DNA from: Filifactoraceae bacterium
Lineage (GTDB): Bacteria; Bacillota; Clostridia; Peptostreptococcales; Filifactoraceae
Assembly (NCBI GenBank): GCA_041845175.1
Contig: JBGZCE010000137.1
Location: forward strand, 1-40,863
DNA: 40,863 nucleotides
Direction of reading: 5' to 3'
In this document: positions 35,173 through 40,863 of the stretch, piece after piece
Layout: every line of letters starts with the position of its first letter
How positions within the stretch are numbered: the stretch's first letter is position 1
Position numbers and translations under genes: made by a program
The notes under the pieces: model-generated
Told to the model about the DNA's origin: nothing
What the model saw: only the letters and a program-made list of their open reading frames with translations
Database searches by the model: none

Positions 35173-35742
35173 TTAGCCGACTGCGATCGAATAATTTTCT
35201 TCAACCGCCTTCATCAGATTCGGCATGACCTCCGGCAAGGCTTCCAATGCGATATAGCGGATCTGTCCGCTTTCGTCTTCAAAGAACCATACATTCAGAA
35301 GGAATAGCTCCTGCATCGACGGATCAACATAGCTTCCGCTCATAATGGTTGCCGGATACTCCCGGAAGGTCCCCTCCGAGAGAGTAATCGTCGTATCCTC
35401 ATAGGACCCCGGATCGGAGTAGTAATCGTTATGGAAAGTGATCAGATCCTCCATGGAATAGTCCTCTCCGGCGATCCGATTGACGCCCAGATCCAAAATG
35501 CTGTCATCGTCATTGTTGTAATAGCGAAGCATCTCGTCTTCCACGCTTGCATCCGGCAGCAATTCCCAATCGCCGTCGAGGGAAAGGGTGCCGAGCAGCT
35601 CGTTGCCCATAACGAATGCATCGCTCGATGTGGTCGAGCCGCCGTCCGTAGAGCCGGAGCTGTTGCTTGTGGAGCTTGAACCGCAGCCGGTCAGCGCAAC
35701 GATCGCGACCAGCAGAACAAAAAGCAATCGGGTTTTCTTCAT
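35173..35742 (-). CDS. Lipoprotein, paralog 1 of a four-member tandem family (unknown function)
   Basis: ATG at 35742 after AGGAGG. Lipobox VALTGC, Ser/Thr/Gly-rich linker, and the shared C-terminal motif NVWFFEDESGQIRYIALEALP. Confidence 0.8.
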   Translation of the reverse strand: MKKTRLLFVLLVAIVALTGCGSSSTSNSSGSTDGGSTTSSDAFVMGNELLGTLSLDGDWELLPDASVEDEMLRYYNNDDDSILDLGVNRIAGEDYSMEDLITFHNDYYSDPGSYEDTTITLSEGTFREYPATIMSGSYVDPSMQELFLLNVWFFEDESGQIRYIALEALPEVMPNLMKAVEENYSIAVG

Positions 35743-35771
35743 AAATCCTCCTCTGTTTTTCTGAAATGGAA

Positions 35772-36335
35772 TCAATTACCGGTCAGCAGACTGACCCTTG
35801 AATAAGTATCCTCGACCTCTTTTGCAAGCGCGTCCATTTCGTCCGGCTTGGCATCGATCGCCATATAACGCACAAATCCCTCATCCTCAAAGAACCACAC
35901 GCGATAAGCAAGCGTTTCGTTCAGCTCCGGATCGACGAAGGTGCCGCTGACCAGTGTCGCCGGCAGCGTTTGAAAGCTCGCGTTCTCATCGACGGTGAGA
36001 TCCTCGGATGTGAGCGTGGTCGTGTAGTATTGACTGCAAGCGGAGATCAGATCCTCCTTGGTCGTGTTGGTGCTCTCGTTGGAACCGAAGTAGACGAAGG
36101 TGCCGTCCTCCGCGAGGAAGCCGAGCATACCGGTGTCATCGAGCTTCTCGAGATTTTCTTCCCAGCGCGTGCCCACGAGATAGACATAGCCGTAGTCGTC
36201 GTTGCCGAGCTCGACCGAATTCTCCGGGAGCATCACGCCGGCATTTGAGTCGTCGCTTGAAGTCGTCGTGCCGCCGCAAGCCGTCAGCGCAAAAATCGAG
36301 AGCATCAGCAATAAAAGCAATTTCATTTTTTTCAT
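35772..36335 (-). CDS. Lipoprotein, paralog 2
   Basis: Lipobox FALTAC. Shared motifs ELGNDDYGYVYLVG, VDENASFQ and RVWFFEDEGFVRYMAIDAKP. Confidence 0.8.
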   Translation of the reverse strand: MKKMKLLLLLMLSIFALTACGGTTTSSDDSNAGVMLPENSVELGNDDYGYVYLVGTRWEENLEKLDDTGMLGFLAEDGTFVYFGSNESTNTTKEDLISACSQYYTTTLTSEDLTVDENASFQTLPATLVSGTFVDPELNETLAYRVWFFEDEGFVRYMAIDAKPDEMDALAKEVEDTYSRVSLLTGN

Positions 36336-36380
36336 ACAGTTCTCCTTTCAAGCTCGGTCAAGAGCTTCATAAAGTCAGAG

Positions 36381-36938
36381 TTATTTTTTGGTGATGGAGT
36401 AGGTGTCCTCGACCGCCTTGCTGAACGCGTCGATCGACTCTTCGACCGCCTCCGCCGTCACAAAACGGACCTGACCGTTTTCGTCCGTGAAATGCCATAC
36501 CTTGACATAGAATTCCAGATTGACGCCGTCGTCGAGATAGCGACCGGTCAGAAGGATCGCATCGTAATTTTGGAACGAAGCGTTCTCGTCGATCACGATA
36601 TCCTCCGCCTGGAAGCTATCCACATAGAAGGATCGGTTCGACTCGACGAGCTGGTCGATCGTGAGCGTGCCGGAGCTTTGCTTGTCGATGCCCAGATCCA
36701 CGATGGACTGGTCGGAGCTCAAAAAGCTGATCATTCCAAGCCCCTCCGATTCGGCGATCGTTTGCTCCCATTCGCCCGTCAGATAGACATAGCCGTAGGT
36801 ATCGCTGCCGAGCTCGACCGCGCCCTCCGGGATCGTTGTGTCGGCATTTGAGCCGTCGCTCGAAGTCGTCGCGCCGCCGCAGGCAGTCAGCGTAAAGATC
36901 GAGAGTAGTAAAAATAAAAGTAAAGTCGTTTTTTTCAT
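36381..36938 (-). CDS. Lipoprotein, paralog 3
   Basis: ATG at 36938 (MKKTTLLLF...). Lipobox FTLTAC. Shared motifs ELGSDTYGYVYLTGEW, IDENASFQ and KVWHFTDENGQVRFVTAEAV. Confidence 0.8.
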   Translation of the reverse strand: MKKTTLLLFLLLSIFTLTACGGATTSSDGSNADTTIPEGAVELGSDTYGYVYLTGEWEQTIAESEGLGMISFLSSDQSIVDLGIDKQSSGTLTIDQLVESNRSFYVDSFQAEDIVIDENASFQNYDAILLTGRYLDDGVNLEFYVKVWHFTDENGQVRFVTAEAVEESIDAFSKAVEDTYSITKK

Positions 36939-37080
36939 AGGGTCCCTTCTCAATGCTCCGTGATAAGAGCATCACAATGTTTAATTTACTACTTGCATTT
37001 TAACACAAGCGACCCGAAAGTTCAACCGTAAAGACTTTTTGTGCGCGGAAAAATGCCCGAGCGTGTGAAAAGACGAAGCA

Positions 37081-37360
37081 AAAACGGCAAGCGGCAAAGC
37101 CTGCTCGAAGCAGCGCGACGGAAATGCACTCGCACAAAAACGGTAAACGCACGGCACAAAATTTTCCGAAAGAAAAAGCACAACGAAAGGACGAGGCGAA
37201 AGCCGCGAAGCGACGGATCAGGCACCGAGCATACGGACGGAGCGCGTGATAAAACGGCAAGCGGCAAAGCCTGCTCGAAGCGGCGCGACAGAAATGCGCT
37301 CGCACAAAAACGCTAAGCGCATGACACAAAATTTTCCGAAAGAAAAAGCGACGGATCGAG
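37081..37360. repeat. Two copies (170-bp period) of a 99-bp purine-rich intergenic unit
   Basis: AAAACGGCAAGCGGCAAAGCCTGCTCGAAGC...CTCGCACAAAAACG...CACAAAATTTTCCGAAAGAAAAAGC at 37081-37179 recurs at 37251-37349 with about 8 substitutions. The trailing GCGACGGATC(A/G)(G/A)G is also repeated. Confidence 0.9.
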
Positions 37361-37404
37361 GGATACCCTGATCGTCGCCTTTGTTTTTCGTGCTGTGGTG
37401 CGGA

Positions 37405-37950
37405 CTATCTTTTTGTAAGCGCAAAGGTTTCCTCAACCGCTGAGGCAAGTGCATCGATGTCACTCGGTCTCGCTTCTACCGCAACATAACGAAGCTGGCC
37501 GTTCGCATCCTCGAAGAACCATACCTTCAGTTTGAATAGCTCTTCAAAATACGGATCGTCGTATTGTCCGGTCATAATCACCGCGGAATGATCCTGGAAT
37601 GAGCCGTTTTCATCGATTGCGATATCCGTTACCGCGAACTGGAGCTCATAGAATTCGGTGTAGAACTCGATCATCTCATCCAAGGTCAACTCGTCGCCCG
37701 CAACAAGGTTCAGCGACAGATCCACGACATTTCCGTCATCGTCCATGTAGCTGAGCATTTCGGCATCGTCCGCCTCGCTGATGACGGTTTCCCAGGTGCC
37801 CTTCAGATATACATAGCCGTAGGTATCGTTCCCCAGCTCCGTATCGCCTGCCCAGGCAGAGCTCGAGGTCGTGCCGCCGGTCGATCCGCCACAAGCCGTC
37901 AATACCAAAAGCGCAGCCAACAACATTGCAAATAAACCGGTTTTCTTCAT
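37405..37950 (-). CDS. Lipoprotein, paralog 4
   Basis: Lipobox LVLTAC. Shared motifs ELGNDTYGYVYLKGTW, IDENGSFQ and KVWFFEDANGQLRYVAVEARP. Confidence 0.8.
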   Translation of the reverse strand: MKKTGLFAMLLAALLVLTACGGSTGGTTSSSAWAGDTELGNDTYGYVYLKGTWETVISEADDAEMLSYMDDDGNVVDLSLNLVAGDELTLDEMIEFYTEFYELQFAVTDIAIDENGSFQDHSAVIMTGQYDDPYFEELFKLKVWFFEDANGQLRYVAVEARPSDIDALASAVEETFALTKR

Positions 37951-37998
37951 AAAATCCCCCTCACAATCAATAAAATATAAATTTAATTTGCCAACTGC

Positions 37999-38027
37999 AT
38001 TGTAACATACTCTTGATTAAAGTACAA
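37999..38027 (-). promoter_or_regulatory. Putative extended -10 promoter for lipoprotein paralog 4
   Basis: Minus strand: -35 TTGTAC, 17-nt spacer, TGtTACAAT. About 45 nt upstream of the ATG at 37950. Confidence 0.5.
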
Positions 38028-38302
38028 TATAAATAACGAAAACGGCGGTCGCCGCATCGGGCGTCCGCGCGGCGATCGCTCCGACAGCGGTTTTGCGCAG
38101 GCTGTAAGCGGATGGTTCGATCGTGATCTTCGATTGAAGAAAATGAGCCGAGCTTGCTTTGAGGATCGCCCGCGCAAAAAGCGGAAGCCTTCCGTCCTGC
38201 GACGGCGGCGGCTGCAAAACCGGCGAACCGCCGACAAAAAACGGCGCGGATCGATTTGTGATCGGATTTTTTCACGAGAACTTCACAAGGCGGCGGTATA
38301 CT

Positions 38303-38540
38303 GAACGGGCGGAGCAAGGTGCACTTATAAATGAGGAAAAGCGCGGTGTTCTATCCCACGATCACAAGCGGCGGACCCGAGCGTAGCGCTCAGCGATACG
38401 ATGAGGGAAGGATCATACCGACGGACCGAAATGGTCCCGGCGGATTTTAAGACAAGAAGGAATGTGTACGAGCGATCGTGCCGGATGCCGATCGGGCGGA
38501 GCGCGATGTGTTTATAAATGAGAAAAAAGCGTGCGTTCAT
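38303..38540. repeat. Two diverged copies of a roughly 50-bp element, 188 bp apart, upstream of the response regulator
   Basis: CGGGCGGAGCAAGGTGCACTTATAAATGAGGAAAAGCGCGGTGTTC (from 38307) versus CGGGCGGAGCGCGATGTGTTTATAAATGAGAAAAAAGCGTGCGTTC (from 38495). Confidence 0.7.
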
Positions 38541-38588
38541 GATACGATCGTATGCGGGAGAAGGAAGCTTACGGAGAACGGAGGATGT

Positions 38589-39257
38589 ATGTATCATATT
38601 TTGGTAGTGGATGATGAAGAAAAGATCCGGCTGCTGATCCGAAAATACGCGGAGCATGAGGGCCATCATGTGACCGAGGCGGAAAATGCGATGAAGGCGC
38701 TGGAGCTTTGTGAAGAAAAAGAATTCGATATCGTCATCATGGATGTGATGATGCCGGAGCTCGACGGCTTCTCGGCGGTGCGGGAGCTGCGCAAGCTCTC
38801 GAAGGTGCCGGTGCTGATGCTGTCGGCAAGAGGCGAGGAATATGACCGGATCCACGGCTTCGAGATCGGCGTCGACGATTATGTGGTCAAGCCGTTCTCC
38901 GCCAAGGAGCTGATGCTGCGGATCGACGCGATCGTCAAGCGCTCTAATGTCGCGCTTTCGCAGGAAAAATTCGTACAGGACGGACTGGTCGTCAATTTCG
39001 ATGCGATGACGGTCGATGTGGACGGCGTGCGCGAAAGCTTTTCGCCCAAGGAATATGAGCTGCTCGTCTATCTGATCCGAAACAAGAATATCGCGATGAG
39101 CAGAGATAATTTGATCTCAAAGATATGGGGCTACGATTTTTACGGCGACGAGCGCACGCTGGACACCCATATCAAATTGATCCGAAAAAGGCTGGGGCCG
39201 TACAGCGATCGGATCGTAACGGTGAGAGGGGTGGGCTATCGCTTTGAAGAAAAATAA
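38589..39257 (+). CDS. OmpR-family response regulator
   Basis: ATG at 38589. Receiver motifs ILVVDDE, DIVIMDVMMPELDG and KPF. Winged-helix C-terminus (LSPKEYELLVYL...TLDTHIKLIRKRL...TVRGVGYRF). Confidence 0.92.
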   Translation: MYHILVVDDEEKIRLLIRKYAEHEGHHVTEAENAMKALELCEEKEFDIVIMDVMMPELDGFSAVRELRKLSKVPVLMLSARGEEYDRIHGFEIGVDDYVVKPFSAKELMLRIDAIVKRSNVALSQEKFVQDGLVVNFDAMTVDVDGVRESFSPKEYELLVYLIRNKNIAMSRDNLISKIWGYDFYGDERTLDTHIKLIRKRLGPYSDRIVTVRGVGYRFEEK

Positions 39258-40689
39258 AGGGATCGTATTCAAGCTGTTTCGCTATTTGAGCGGCTTTGTC
39301 CTTTTTATCGTCCTGCTGCTGCTATTGCTGCAAACGGTTTTTTTGGAGGATTTCTACAAAAACATCAAGCGCGCCGAGATCCGTTCGGCGGCGCAGCATG
39401 CGCTCTCGATCGTTGACGAGGAGGACGAGCTTGCAACCTATCTTTCCGAAAAAATGATTACGGAGGATCTGTGCATCCATATCGTTGACGAGGAGGGAAT
39501 GCTCCTCTACTCATCGGAGCGCTTCAGAGATTGTGACATCCTACGCATGACGGACGCTCAGCGCAAGACGCTGTATGAAGAAACGATCGCCGTCGCGAGT
39601 CGGGAGACGCTCACCGTGACCCGAGGGATCGGGCCGCCGACCGAGCCGGAGCCGCGAAAGGTATTCGGCAAGGGCGAGCATGAGCGGCTGATGTACACGA
39701 TCGCGGACGAGGAAGCGGGCGTGATGGTGGTGATCGATTCGATGATCACGCCGATGAGCGCGACCACCTCGGTGCTTCGCGTGCAGATCCTGTATGTGAC
39801 CGGGATCCTGATCCTGTCGGCGGCGGTGCTGGCGTATGTGCTTTCGCGCAAGATCGCAAAGCCGATCATGGATATCAACCGATCCGCCAAAAAGCTGATC
39901 TCGGGCGGCTATGATCTGAAGCTTCAGGACAATGCCTATCGGGAGATCGACGAGCTCAACGACACGATGACCAGAACCTCGATCGAGCTCGGAAAGACCG
40001 AAAGACTCCAAAAGGAGCTGATCGCGAATATTTCTCACGATCTGCGCACGCCTTTGACGATGATCATCGGCTATGCGGAGGTCATTCGGGATCTGCCGGG
40101 CGAGGACACGAAGGAAAATGTGCAGGTCATCATCGACGAGGCGCAGCGGCTCAGCAATCTGGTCAACGATGTGCTGATGATCTCCAAGGCATCGGCGGAA
40201 TTGAACAAGCTTCAGCTCGAACGCTTCGACCTGACGCAGCTGATCGACGAGATTATCGACCGATGCGCCAAAATGACGGAGGCGGAGGGCTATCAATTCG
40301 AATTCTCCTACGAGGACACGGCAGAGATCGAAGCGGACCGATCCAAGATCGGGCAGGTGCTGTACAATCTGCTTGGCAATGCAATCACGCACACCGGACA
40401 GGACAAGAGCATTCTCGTGAAGCAGGAGCTTGTCGGCGAAAAGGGCAAGGAGCAGGTGCGCGTCCGTATTTTCGACACGGGCATCGGCATTGCGCCGGAG
40501 CATCTGGAGGATATCTGGCAGCGCTACTACAAGGTTGACAAGGAGCATATCCGCTCCAGCGTCGGCTCGGGGCTCGGACTGTCGATCGTCAAGGACATCG
40601 TGAGCGCGCATGGCGGGAGCTACGGCGTCGAATCCGAGGTCGGCAGGGGCAGCTGCTTTTGGATCACGCTGCCGATCAGCGAACGATAG
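39244..40689 (+). CDS. Sensor histidine kinase (two TM segments, HAMP, HisKA, HATPase_c)
   Basis: The TTG at 39244 is the only start-like codon after the in-frame stop at 39223. It is preceded by GAGAGGGG and overlaps the regulator gene by 14 nt. H-box ELIANISHDLRTPLT, N-box LYNLLGNAITHT, G-boxes DTGIGI and GSGLGLSIV. Confidence 0.9.
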   Translation: MKKNKGIVFKLFRYLSGFVLFIVLLLLLLQTVFLEDFYKNIKRAEIRSAAQHALSIVDEEDELATYLSEKMITEDLCIHIVDEEGMLLYSSERFRDCDILRMTDAQRKTLYEETIAVASRETLTVTRGIGPPTEPEPRKVFGKGEHERLMYTIADEEAGVMVVIDSMITPMSATTSVLRVQILYVTGILILSAAVLAYVLSRKIAKPIMDINRSAKKLISGGYDLKLQDNAYREIDELNDTMTRTSIELGKTERLQKELIANISHDLRTPLTMIIGYAEVIRDLPGEDTKENVQVIIDEAQRLSNLVNDVLMISKASAELNKLQLERFDLTQLIDEIIDRCAKMTEAEGYQFEFSYEDTAEIEADRSKIGQVLYNLLGNAITHTGQDKSILVKQELVGEKGKEQVRVRIFDTGIGIAPEHLEDIWQRYYKVDKEHIRSSVGSGLGLSIVKDIVSAHGGSYGVESEVGRGSCFWITLPISER

Positions 40690-40814
40690 GAGACCGTGGC
40701 CTTCGGGGGCTTGATTGAAACGGCGATCGCGCGGGTAAGACATAGACGGAAGATCATGCCGCGCAAATGCCGCTTGCGGCAGAAACAAGTACTGAAAAAT
40801 GTGGAGGGATCATA

Positions 40815-40863
40815 ATGATAGAAGAACTGCCGAGACTGAACGAGCTCGCAAAAATCGCCAAGG
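40815..40863 (+). CDS. Start of an unidentified ORF running off the 3' edge
   Basis: ATG at 40815 lies 7 nt after GGAGGG. Only 16 codons (MIEELPRLNELAKIAK) are visible. Confidence 0.35.
   Translation, partial: MIEELPRLNELAKIAK

Overview
The window looks like chromosome from a motile, moderately GC-rich Firmicute of Clostridia type (butyrate kinase, an SLH protein, FliW/CsrA). Most of it is core gene content. In order: the 3' end of the F1 ATP synthase operon (atpA'-G-D-C), a TetR regulator, and a small AT-rich two-gene island. Then come a divergent flagellar pair (FlhB-C-like and FliK-like) and a long cheA-cheW-cheR-cheB-flgN-flgK-flgL-x-fliW-csrA operon. This is followed by rsmG-parB, a cysteine-desulfurase to YedF cluster, an SLH+CAP wall protein and a MocR-type regulator. 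A second AT-rich patch holds transposase debris, an XRE/ORF6N pair and a repeat-rich surface protein. The rest is butyrate kinase, an aminotransferase, a secreted 5'-nucleotidase, a uridine-kinase-like gene, four tandem paralogous lipoproteins and an OmpR/HisKA two-component system. The best candidate for an accessory system is the translationally coupled ABC-type ATPase plus small Toprim/RloB-like protein at 4425-6051. It has a PARIS/AbiL/split-OLD-like architecture, its own promoter and an operator-like inverted repeat. Secondary points of interest are the four-gene lipoprotein paralog array next to the two-component system, and a recurring set of purine-rich, T-poor intergenic regions carrying tandem duplications with periods of about 112-190 bp; two of these share the core CTCGCACAAAAACG. 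No rRNA, tRNA or CRISPR array was seen. All calls rest on reading the translations and sequence by eye; no database search was run.
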